Shown here: positions 16,915 to 25,231 of the stretch, piece after piece
How positions within the stretch are numbered: position 1 is the first letter of the stretch
Layout: each line of letters opens with the position of its first letter
NCBI RefSeq assembly: GCF_000186885.1
Contig: NC_014972.1
Span: forward strand, 1,320,001 to 1,352,000
From: Desulfobulbus propionicus DSM 2032
Lineage (GTDB): Bacteria; Desulfobacterota; Desulfobulbia; Desulfobulbales; Desulfobulbaceae
Direction: 5' to 3'
Length of the DNA: 32,000 bases
The notes under the pieces: generated by a model
Seen by the model: the letters and a program-made list of their open reading frames with translations, nothing else
What the model was told of the DNA's origin: nothing
The model's database searches: none
Program-made: the position numbers and the translations under genes

Positions 16915-17550
16915 TCACACCAGTTTTTCCACGCCGCTGTAGAAAAAGTAGCAGGAAAAACAAAGGAGAAACAGGGCGCAGCAACCGATCAGCCGACGAT
17001 AGGCGACCGGGCTGAACAGCCGTCGTCCCCGACTGATGCCAAAGGAGATCAGGCTGTACCACAGCAGGTCAGCCAGGAGATGGCCGGTGAAAAAGGCGGC
17101 CACGCCAAGGAGCCCGAAGCGGGCCGAGTGGAGGATATATCCCAGGCCGATGGAGGCCCACCAGATCAGCCAGTAGGGGTTGCACACACTGAGCACGATG
17201 CCGGCGAGCACCAGGTTTTTTCCGGTTTCTGCGGCGATGACGCTGGGGAGCTGCAAGGTGGGCAGACTCCGCAGCATGGAGCAGCCCATCCAGAAGAGGG
17301 TTGCCCCGCCCAGCAGGGCGATGACGACGAAGACATCGTCGCGGCCGAGCACCGCGGCGAAACCGGAGAGCAGGGCGCCGGCCAGGACCAGCTCCAGCAA
17401 ACCGTGGCCAAAGATCATCAGGGGGCCGGCGACGGCGCCCCGCCGCGTGCTTTCGCTGATGGTCACGGTCATCAGCGGACCGGGCATCATGGCCCCGGAA
17501 AAGGCGATCATGAACGACGAGGCGAAGATGGACAGCAGGGTCAGGGTCAT
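16915..17550 (-). CDS. LysE/RhtB-family amino-acid exporter
   Basis: 211 aa with ~6 TM segments. The N-terminal motif is AMMPGPLMTVTISESTRRG. It overlaps the upstream gene by 4 nt. Confidence 0.85.
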   Translation of the reverse strand: MTLTLLSIFASSFMIAFSGAMMPGPLMTVTISESTRRGAVAGPLMIFGHGLLELVLAGALLSGFAAVLGRDDVFVVIALLGGATLFWMGCSMLRSLPTLQLPSVIAAETGKNLVLAGIVLSVCNPYWLIWWASIGLGYILHSARFGLLGVAAFFTGHLLADLLWYSLISFGISRGRRLFSPVAYRRLIGCCALFLLCFSCYFFYSGVEKLV

Positions 17551-18062
17551 GGGAACCGCTTCCGTGACGTTGCGGTGGGATTGCCCGACTCCGTCGCCAC
17601 GGTTGCCGGAACCGCGGGCAGGGAGGCAAGGATCACCAGCACCACCCCGCCGGCGATCACCGCCAGGTTGGCCGCCATGGACAGGCCGTGCAGCTGGCGG
17701 AACCGCACTCGCAGCGGATCGTCCTTGGCGGTGGTCTCAAAGGAGGTGATCGATTGTTTCAACGCGGCGGCACGCGGTTCGAGGACAAAGGCCTGCACCG
17801 AGGTGAGCAGCAGCATCACGGTGATGAGCGCCAGGGATGCCGCGGCAAAGCGGCCCCGGTTGAGCACGTGGCACAGCAGGGCCACCGTCCCGCAGGCCAG
17901 ACCCCAGCGGAAGTAGCCGGGAAAGAGCAGGCTGACGATGTTGCCCGCCAGATCGCGGGACAGAGCGGCAAAGAGTTTGGGGGTGAGGATGAAGGTGAAC
18001 AGGGCCGCGCCGCCCAGCCAGCAGCTCACGGCAAGGTTATGGAGAATGGTCAGCAGATGCAT
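17547..18062 (-). CDS. DUF4149-like four-TM membrane protein
   Basis: 171 aa. MHLLTILHNLAVSCWLGGAALFTFILTPKLF...LFPGYFRWG matches the TMEM205/DUF4149 pattern as I recall it. It is the first gene of a tightly packed four-gene string. Confidence 0.7.
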   Translation of the reverse strand: MHLLTILHNLAVSCWLGGAALFTFILTPKLFAALSRDLAGNIVSLLFPGYFRWGLACGTVALLCHVLNRGRFAAASLALITVMLLLTSVQAFVLEPRAAALKQSITSFETTAKDDPLRVRFRQLHGLSMAANLAVIAGGVVLVILASLPAVPATVATESGNPTATSRKRFP

Positions 18063-18386
18063 GGAAGCTCAAGGTTCAGGTTGCGGTGGCCGGGCGTGGC
18101 TGCCGGCGCGCCGTGTGATGCAAACGGTCTTTAATTTATCATGCCGCGAAAAATTAGTGTAGACTTTGTGCGCGGGAACCTGCCGATTCGCGCATGGAGA
18201 CTGGCGCGGCACAGGGAGGAGTTTGCCCTTTTGGGGCGCCATGGCTATTTTTTCGTGGAACTGGTTGTTTTAATGACAGATAATGGGTGTGCGGATTGCG
18301 CAAGGTGTTGTATCATAACCGCACGACAGCAAGGCTGAACGTGCAGCGGGGAACCAAACCGGAGACCGTCCTACGAGGGAGGAGGA

Positions 18387-20099
18387 ATGCCGCAGAAAAA
18401 AACCATCGGGCCGGCGGCGAGCGACGAGGCTGACCGGCTGCTGGACGAGCTGGAACGACAGAACGAAGAACTGCGGCTGGCGCGGGCCGAGGTGGAGGCC
18501 GGGCTGCGAAAATATTACGATCTCTATGATTTTGCCCCGGTGGGCTACTGCACCGTCAGCCGTGACGGTTTGGTGCTTGAGTCCAACCTCGCCGGGGCGT
18601 TGCTGTTGGGCGTGGACCGGTTACGGGTGCTGCGGTGCCCTCTCGCCGGTTTTGTCGTCCGGGAAGGGCGCAACGATCTGGCCCGTTTTTTGGAGCGGGT
18701 CTTTTCCGGCGAACACAAGGCGACCGGCGAGCTGCGGGTGCCGGATGGCGAGGGAGGGGTGCGGCATCTCTATCTGGAGGGGGGCTCCTTTGAAACCCCC
18801 TTGGGCGAGCAACAGTGCCGCATCGCGATGATGGATATCACCCAGTCCCGGCAGACCAGCGCCGAACTGGAACATTACCGCTATCATCTGGAGGAACTGG
18901 TGCAGCAGCGCACCAGCCAACTGGAAGAGGCCAACCTTCGGCTGCGGGAGCAGACGGAGAACCTGACCTCGATCTACCAGGCCATGGACAGTATCGGCCT
19001 GATTGTCTGCTCCCTTGAAGAAAACGACGCGCGGATCGACATTTTCAGCGCCGGCGCGGAAAAGCTGTTTGGCCATCGCCAGGACGAGGTGCTCGGCGCA
19101 TCGGTGTCCCTGATCTATCCCCCGGCAGCCAATGCCATGGTTGCGGACATGGTCAGACGGCTGCGTCAGGGCGAGGCGATGCAATCCTTTGACAGCACCC
19201 TGGTGCGCAAGTCCGGCGATTGTTTTCCCGCAGTGATCTCATTTCATCCCTTTGCCCGACAGGACGGCCTGTTCACCAAGGCGGTGGGCGGGTGCCGCGA
19301 TATTTCCGAACTGATGTACATCCAGAATCAGTTGCAGGCAATGAACGACGAGCTGGAGCGGCGGGTCGAACAGCGCACCCGCGAGCTGCAGGAAACCCAG
19401 CGGCAATACCTGCACGCGGAAAAGCTTTCGGCCATCGGCAAGCTGTCCGCCTCCATCGCCCATGAATTCAACAACCCGCTCCAGGGCATTCTGTCGATCT
19501 TGAAGGGGCTGAAAAAACGCGCCATCCTTGAGGAAGAGGACCGGGTACTGCTGGAGGCGGCCATCGCCGAGAGCGACCGGATCAAGGAACTCATCCGCCA
19601 GTTGCAGGATTTTAACCGTCCTTCGTCGGACCGCAAGGCGGTGGTGGACGTGCACCAGTCGCTCAACTCGGTGCTGCTGCTGCACACCAGCGATTTCAAG
19701 GGCAAGCGGATCGAGCTCCGCCTCGATTATGCCGAGCGGCTGCCGCATATCCTGGCCGTGCCCGATCAGATCAAGCAGGTTTTTCTCAACCTGCTGGCCA
19801 ACGCGGCCGACGCCTGCCGTCCGTCTGGCGGCGTGATCACCGTGACCACCCGGTTGGTCGACGACAGGGTGGCGGTGACCGTTGAGGACAACGGCATCGG
19901 CATCGTTCCGGAAGACATGGACCTGATCTTTCAGCCGTTTTACACCACCAAGCCCGAGGTCAAGGGCACCGGCCTGGGGCTGTCGGTCAGTTACGGGATC
20001 GTCAAGGATCATCAGGGAGAGATCCGGGTGGAAAGCCGGCCGGGAGAAGGGGCGCGCTTCACCGTTTTGCTGCCGGTGGGAAACCGATACCATGCCTGA
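18387..20099 (+). CDS. Cytoplasmic sensor histidine kinase (coiled coil, 2 PAS, HisKA, HATPase)
   Basis: 570 aa with strong RBS GGGAGGAGG. YDLYDFAPVGYCTV marks the PAS entry. The H-box is SASIAHEFNNPL, and the N/G boxes NLLANAADA, DNGIGI and GTGLGLSV are intact. Confidence 0.93.
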   Translation: MPQKKTIGPAASDEADRLLDELERQNEELRLARAEVEAGLRKYYDLYDFAPVGYCTVSRDGLVLESNLAGALLLGVDRLRVLRCPLAGFVVREGRNDLARFLERVFSGEHKATGELRVPDGEGGVRHLYLEGGSFETPLGEQQCRIAMMDITQSRQTSAELEHYRYHLEELVQQRTSQLEEANLRLREQTENLTSIYQAMDSIGLIVCSLEENDARIDIFSAGAEKLFGHRQDEVLGASVSLIYPPAANAMVADMVRRLRQGEAMQSFDSTLVRKSGDCFPAVISFHPFARQDGLFTKAVGGCRDISELMYIQNQLQAMNDELERRVEQRTRELQETQRQYLHAEKLSAIGKLSASIAHEFNNPLQGILSILKGLKKRAILEEEDRVLLEAAIAESDRIKELIRQLQDFNRPSSDRKAVVDVHQSLNSVLLLHTSDFKGKRIELRLDYAERLPHILAVPDQIKQVFLNLLANAADACRPSGGVITVTTRLVDDRVAVTVEDNGIGIVPEDMDLIFQPFYTTKPEVKGTGLGLSVSYGIVKDHQGEIRVESRPGEGARFTVLLPVGNRYHA

Positions 20100-20160
20100 T
20101 CCTTCTGGGGAAACGAACCGTCCAGCGGGCGGGCAGGCACGAATTCGACAAGGAGGGGCC

Positions 20161-21469
20161 ATGGCGAAAACATCCATTCTGTTTGTTGACGACGAGGAAG
20201 TGATCCGCAAATCCTTTGTCCGGGAATTGGAGATGGAACACTTCACGGTCACCGCCGTTGATGACGGCACCGAGGCCATCCGCGCGATCGCCGGGCAAGA
20301 TTTTGACGTGGTGATCACCGATCTGGTCATGCCGGGCATGGATGGATTCGGGGTGTTGAAGGCGGTGAAAAAGAAAGAAGGCGCCGCAGACCAGCGTCAT
20401 CATCCTCACCGGCTACGGCGACATGCGTTCGGCCATCGATGCCCTGCGGCTGGGCGCGGACGATTTTACCCTCAAGCCCTGCGAGATGGAGGAGCTGATC
20501 TTCAGGATAAGGCGCTGTCTGGACAAGCAGAGCCTGCTGCAGACCCTGGCTTCGCAGAACAAACGGCTGGAAGAGGAGATCAGCCGCCGCCGGGAGGTGG
20601 AATCCGAGATCGTCACCAGCGAAAACCGCTTTCGCCTGGCCATGGATGCGGCCTCCAACGGTGTGTGGGATCGCAACCTGGTCACCGGCGAGGTCTACTT
20701 CGGCGAAAACTGGCATCTGAGCTTGGGATATGCGCACAAGAGCGACCTGATCGATCACAACTCGTTTGAACAGCTCATCCATCCCGATGACCGCGAACGG
20801 GTGCTGGCCCTGCGCGAGGCCCATGTCCAGGGAACAACCCCCCGTTATGAGGCGGAATACCGGATGCGCAACAAGGCCGGCGGCTGGCAGTGGATATTGT
20901 CGCGCGGCCAAGCGGTTGCCCGGGACGAGCAGGGCAGGGCGCTGCGGATCATCGGCACCCACACCGACATCACCCGCCTGAAGGAGGTCGAGGCCGAACT
21001 CAAGCAGGTGCAGGCCAATCTCGAACAGCGGGTGGCCGAGCGGACCGCCGAGCTGCATGAATCCAACGTCGCCCTCAAGGTGCTGCTCAATAAACGGGAA
21101 GAAGACCGCAAGGCGCTGGCCGAGCAGGTCCTGTCCAGTATCGCCCAACTGGTGGACCCCCTGCTCGACCGGCTGCGCAAAAGCGGCCTCAGCGAACAGC
21201 AGCGGACCCTGGTCGAGATCCTCGGAGCCAATATCAACGAGCTGACCTCGCCCTTTGCCAACAGTCTGTCCACCAAGCTGACCCGGTTGACACCGGCGGA
21301 AATTCAGGTGGCCAATCTGGTCAAACTGGGCAAACGGACCAAGGAAATCGCCGAGATCATGCACCTTGCCCCGGGGACCATCAGCATTCACCGCAAGAAC
21401 ATCCGCAAGAAGCTGGAGCTGACCCACCAGAAAACCAATCTGCAGACCATGCTGTCCACCCAGTCGTGA
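20161..21469 (+). pseudogene. Response regulator REC-PAS-coiled coil-LuxR/GerE HTH, interrupted by a +1 frame change inside REC
   Basis: Frame 1 from ATG 20161 (RBS AAGGAGGGG) reads MAKTSILFVDDEEVIRK...DVVITDLVMPGMDGFGVLKAVKKKEGAAD, then nonsense. Frame 2 opens at TGA 20366-20368 and reads KRKKAPQTSVIILTGYGDMRSAIDALRLGADDF..., continuing through PAS to the LuxR HTH (LTPAEIQVANLVKLGKRTKEIAEIM...SIHRKNIRKKL). The junction lies in the A/G-rich tract 20368-20390. Confidence 0.85.
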
Positions 21470-21486
21470 TCATGGGGCATCGGTTG

Positions 21487-21508
21487 GGAGAGGATATTTT
21501 TCCTCTCC
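21487..21508 (+). terminator. Rho-independent terminator candidate after the response regulator
   Basis: Perfect 8-bp stem GGAGAGGA / TCCTCTCC with a 6-nt loop TATTTT, followed by the T-rich ATTTCTTCTCC. It lies 18 nt after the stop. Confidence 0.55.
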
Positions 21509-21678
21509 ATTTCTTCTCCAAAATCCTTCCCTTGCTTTTTTTGTTGGTTTGCTCAAAGTACAACTGATGCAGCTGCCCCGGGCTGTGCCTGGCGATTGAT
21601 GGGGCAGCCGGGGAGGACGGTCGATGGGCGCGAGGCCCTGAAACCGATCCGGTTGGTCAACGACAAGGGGGACTGGCT

Positions 21679-22692
21679 ATGCACGAAGCGCTTTTTTATC
21701 AGCGGATCGAGGGAAACAAGGTGGTCTGCGGTCTGTGCCATCACCGCTGCCGTATCGCCGCGGGAGGCCGTGGCCGTTGCGGCGTGCGCGAGAACCAGGA
21801 CGGACGGTTGATCAGTCTGGTGTATGGTCGTCTGGTGGCGGAGAACGTCGATCCGGTCGAGAAGAAACCCCTGTTTCATTTTCTTCCCGGCAGCCGGTCC
21901 TACTCCATTGCCACCGTGGGCTGCAACTTTCAATGCCTGCACTGCCAGAATTACGAGATTTCCCAATATCCCGGCCGGCATGGCGGCCAGATCACCGGTG
22001 TCGGCCGCAGCCCGGCCGCGGTGGTGGAGCGTGCCGAGCAGACCGGGTGCGCCAGCATCAGCTACACCTACGTCGAACCCACCATATTTTATGAGTTCGC
22101 CCACGACTGCGCCTGTCTGGCCAAACAGCGGGGCATCAAGAACATCTTTGTCAGCAACGGCTACATGACCGCCGAGGTGGTCCGCCATCTCGCGCCGGTG
22201 CTGGACGGCATCAACATCGATCTCAAGGCGTTCAGCGCCGATTTCTACCAGAAGGTATGCAAGGCCCGGCTGGAGCCGGTGCTGGAGAACATTCGCCTGT
22301 TCCACGAACTCGGGGTGCTTGTCGAGGTGACCACCCTGGTGATTCCCGGGCACAATGACAGCGAGAACGAATTGCGGGCCATCGCCCGTTTTCTCCGCGG
22401 CATCTCGGTCAACATCCCGTGGCATGTGACCGGGTTCTACCCGACCTACAAGATGCTCGATCGTCCCGCCACTCCGACCGCCACCCTGGTCATGGCGCGG
22501 GAGATCGGCTTGAACGAAGGCTTGCGCTTTGTCTACACCGGCAACGCGGCCATCGCGGGCGGCGAAGATACCCGTTGTCCGGGCTGCTCGGCCCTGCTGA
22601 TCCATCGCAGCGGTTTCAGCAGTCAGCAGCTTGCGTTGCAGGCCGGCCACTGCTCCACCTGTCAACTGCCGATTGCCGGCGTCTGGCGGTAG
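21679..22692 (+). CDS. amrS: AmmeMemoRadiSam-system radical SAM enzyme
   Basis: 337 aa. The N-terminal Cys cluster is CGLCHHRCRI...GRCGVR and the radical SAM motif is GCNFQCLHCQNYEIS. It continues ISYTYVEPTIFYEF...FVSNGY and ends with a C-terminal CPGC...CSTC, matching the TIGR04337-type pattern as I recall it. Confidence 0.85.
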   Translation: MHEALFYQRIEGNKVVCGLCHHRCRIAAGGRGRCGVRENQDGRLISLVYGRLVAENVDPVEKKPLFHFLPGSRSYSIATVGCNFQCLHCQNYEISQYPGRHGGQITGVGRSPAAVVERAEQTGCASISYTYVEPTIFYEFAHDCACLAKQRGIKNIFVSNGYMTAEVVRHLAPVLDGINIDLKAFSADFYQKVCKARLEPVLENIRLFHELGVLVEVTTLVIPGHNDSENELRAIARFLRGISVNIPWHVTGFYPTYKMLDRPATPTATLVMAREIGLNEGLRFVYTGNAAIAGGEDTRCPGCSALLIHRSGFSSQQLALQAGHCSTCQLPIAGVWR

Positions 22693-22693
22693 C

Positions 22694-22730
22694 GGCACAC
22701 TGTTCCGGTGGTCCCCGCCGGAACAGTGTG
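22694..22730 (+). terminator. GC-rich hairpin directly after the amrS stop (no U-tract)
   Basis: Perfect 14-bp stem GCACACTGTTCCGG (22694-22707) / CCGGAACAGTGTGC (22717-22730) with a 9-nt loop. It is followed by GGAGATTCC, so it is not a classical intrinsic terminator. Confidence 0.4.
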
Positions 22731-23010
22731 CGGAGATTCCCTCCGGAAAACGCCCTGATTGCTCCTCTGATCCCACGGCCTCGTCGTGCCGTTTCCCTCC
22801 CACCGCCCCTGGCGGGCCGGTCCCCGCCGATCTCCGCTCTTGTGTTAAGCGCATCCAAACACGGTCAACACCGCTTTTTCATCGTTCGTTGATCCTGTCC
22901 TAACACGGCCATGGTTTTTCTGGACGTGGAACAAGGCATCAGCCCGGGCAGGACCGGCTTGCCCGCTCCGGTGCCAGGGAATGACGAACACACGACAGGA
23001 GGAGGAAGCG

Positions 23011-24765
23011 ATGCGCAACAAGGCGAACACGGTGCTGTCCTGGATGACCGCGACCTGTTTGGCCGCCCAGGCGGGGATGTCGGTGGGCGGCGCATGGGCG
23101 GGAAGCGAGATCGAGGCGCGGCAGCGCGCGGAGCGGCCGATCGAGTGGCGCGCGCCACAGCAAGAAGACAAAACCGTGGCGGTAACGCTGCTGGCCATCA
23201 ACGATTTTCACAGTCAGATCACCGCCGGTCTGGAGGTGGCGGGGAGGCCCGTGGGCAGTGCCCCGGTGCTGGCCGCCTATCTCAAGGCGGCGCAGGCCAG
23301 GGCCAGGGGCCAGACCTTTATCCTTCACGCCGGCGACCATGTCGGCGCGTCCCAGCCGCGGTCGGCCCTGCTTCAGGACGAGCCGGGCATCATGGTGTTC
23401 AACATGCTGGGCAACCAACACTGCCGGCCGGGCGGTCTGTACGGAGTGGAATGCAACCTGATCGGCATCCCCGGCAACCATGAGCTCGACGAGGGCATGG
23501 GGGAGATGCTGCGCCTGATCCACGGCGGCAACCACCGCCAAGGTCCCTATCTCCAGGATCCGTACCAAGGCGCGCATTTTCCCTACATCTGCGCCAATCT
23601 GGTGCGGACCGCGACCAACAAACCGCTGTTTCCCCCTTCTGTGGTGCGAATGGTCGACGGTGTGCCGATCGGATTTGTCGGCGCGCTGCTTCGCCATGCC
23701 ACCACCTTTCTCCCGCCGGACAGCCTCGATGGCCTGCAGGTGCTCGACGAGGCCGAGGCCATCAATGCCCAGGTGGCGGCCTTGCGGGCCGAGGGCGTGC
23801 ATGCCGTGGTGGCGGTGATCCATCAGGGTGGCTACCAGCTGCCGGCAAACGGCAGCGAGCACCCGTCCACCCGGCTGGCTGGCGACCTGGCCGCCATCGT
23901 CGGTCGGCTCGATGGCGAGGTCGATGTGGTCCTGGCCGGTCACACCCATACGGTGCACAACCTGCTGGTGGACAACGCCGCCGGGCGCAAGACCCTGGTC
24001 ACCCAGGCCTGGCCCAAGGGCACGGGCTATGCCGAGATCGATCTGGAGATCAGCCGAACAGGCCGCGAGGTGGTGGCGCTCTCCTCGCGGATCGTCACCA
24101 CCTGGGCCGATCAAGGACCAGGGCTGCGGCCGGATGTTCGGGTGGCCCGGCTGGCCGACCGGGTGGATGCGATGGGCAATGCCGTTGCGGCGCAGGTGAT
24201 CGCCAATGCGGCCAAACCGATCACCCGGGTCAGCAACGAGGCCGGCGAATCCGCCTTGGGCGATCTGGTCGCCGACGCCCAGCGCCAGGCCATGGGTACC
24301 GATTTTGCCTTCATGCACCCCGAGGGCATCGAGGCCGACATCGATCCCGGCCATATCACCAAGGGCGATTACTACACGGTGCAGCCCGCCAACCTCAACC
24401 TGGTCAAGTTGGAAATGACTGGCGAACAGATTTATGCCCTGCTCAACCAGCAGTGGACCACCGCCTCCGGCGAAGGACGATTTCTCCAGGTGTCGGGCCT
24501 GAGCTATGTGTGGGATGCCCACCGCCCCGCGGGCCGGCGCGTGGTGTCGGTGATGAAGGACGGCGAGCCGCTGCGGAGGGGGGCGAGGTATACGGTCACG
24601 GTCAACGAATACCTGGCGGCCGGCGGTGGCAATTTCACCGTGCTGACCGAAGCGGCCAACCCGGTGGTCGGTCCCTTTATCGCCGACGCCCTGCATCAGT
24701 ACGTGCGCACCCGGCCGCAACCGATCAACGCGGCCATCGAGGGACGGATCAGCCGTCTGAATTGA
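23011..24765 (+). CDS. Secreted bifunctional metallophosphatase / 5'-nucleotidase (UshA-like)
   Basis: ATG 23011 follows GGAGGAGGA. The signal peptide is MRNKANTVLSWMTATCLAAQAGMSVGGAWA. Metallophosphatase motifs are LLAINDFHSQ, HAGDHVGAS and GNHELDEG, and a C-terminal 5'-nucleotidase domain follows (YTVQPANLNLV...TVNEYLAAGGGNF). Confidence 0.9.
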   Translation: MRNKANTVLSWMTATCLAAQAGMSVGGAWAGSEIEARQRAERPIEWRAPQQEDKTVAVTLLAINDFHSQITAGLEVAGRPVGSAPVLAAYLKAAQARARGQTFILHAGDHVGASQPRSALLQDEPGIMVFNMLGNQHCRPGGLYGVECNLIGIPGNHELDEGMGEMLRLIHGGNHRQGPYLQDPYQGAHFPYICANLVRTATNKPLFPPSVVRMVDGVPIGFVGALLRHATTFLPPDSLDGLQVLDEAEAINAQVAALRAEGVHAVVAVIHQGGYQLPANGSEHPSTRLAGDLAAIVGRLDGEVDVVLAGHTHTVHNLLVDNAAGRKTLVTQAWPKGTGYAEIDLEISRTGREVVALSSRIVTTWADQGPGLRPDVRVARLADRVDAMGNAVAAQVIANAAKPITRVSNEAGESALGDLVADAQRQAMGTDFAFMHPEGIEADIDPGHITKGDYYTVQPANLNLVKLEMTGEQIYALLNQQWTTASGEGRFLQVSGLSYVWDAHRPAGRRVVSVMKDGEPLRRGARYTVTVNEYLAAGGGNFTVLTEAANPVVGPFIADALHQYVRTRPQPINAAIEGRISRLN

Positions 24766-24810
24766 GCGCCTGACCGGGCGGGCAACGAACGGAAAACCGG
24801 TCCCCGCTCA
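24763..24810. terminator. Nested hairpin between convergent genes (bidirectional terminator candidate)
   Basis: The outer stem is TGAGCG (24763-24768) / CGCTCA (24805-24810). The inner stem is GACCGG (24772-24777) / CCGGTC (24797-24802). Both stop codons lie in the outer stem. Confidence 0.35.
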
Positions 24811-25215
24811 GGACTCGATCTTTTTCTTGATGTCGAGAATCGGCGTGCCGTCGAGCACATCCAAGCCGCTGACGTGCAGGCGACTGCCCTCGACCGCTTC
24901 CACCCGCAGCTCCGAGATGGCGATGGGGTTGGGCCGCGCCGGGCTGCGGGTGGCGAAGACGCCGTGCAGTCCCCTTGCCCTGTCTCCCCGGGGGTAGACC
25001 TGGAGCACTCCGCGGTCCGCCCGGTGCAGCCAGCACAGCACCACGATGGTCATGCCGGGAACGATGCCGAGCAGGCCGTCGCGGTACGGGGGAAAGATCT
25101 CCAGCACGCCCTTGCGACTGGAAATATCGTAATTTTTGGGCGCATCCTCAAGGCGGGTGATATCGCCATGCACCACTCCGATGGCGCGCACGTTGGGTTG
25201 TTGGTTTTCCTGCAT
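24808..25215 (-). CDS. TsaA/TrmO-like N-terminal domain protein (short, single domain)
   Basis: 135 aa. AIGVVHG...PYRDGLLGIVPGMTIVVLCWLH...HGVFATRSPARPNPIAIS...GLDVLDGTPILDIK are YaeB/TsaA family motifs. The start is 16 nt downstream of the kinase stop. Confidence 0.85.
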   Translation of the reverse strand: MQENQQPNVRAIGVVHGDITRLEDAPKNYDISSRKGVLEIFPPYRDGLLGIVPGMTIVVLCWLHRADRGVLQVYPRGDRARGLHGVFATRSPARPNPIAISELRVEAVEGSRLHVSGLDVLDGTPILDIKKKIES

Positions 25216-25231
25216 GATCTTTTTTGGGTAT

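Noticed and set aside
15986-17062. Long form (358 aa) of the binding-protein ORF
   Set aside because: The extension overlaps the LysE gene. The signal peptide and PhnD-like sequence begin at ATG 16912.
20092-20160. Upstream ATG (MPDPSGETN...) as the response-regulator start
   Set aside because: It overlaps the kinase stop and has no RBS. ATG 20161 has AAGGAGGGG upstream and begins directly with the REC beta-1 strand.
20327-21427. 366-aa minus-strand ORF, and similar ones at 19239-20339, 21553-22854, 8147-8962, 5144-6238, 9817-11082, 15989-16942, 16855-17916 and 29889-30704
   Set aside because: All lie opposite genes with strong family motifs, lack RBSs and have low-complexity composition. 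They are high-GC antisense artefacts.
22939-24720. 593-aa minus-strand ORF
   Set aside because: It lies antisense to the UshA-like nucleotidase, which carries clear metallophosphatase motifs. It has no recognisable motifs of its own.
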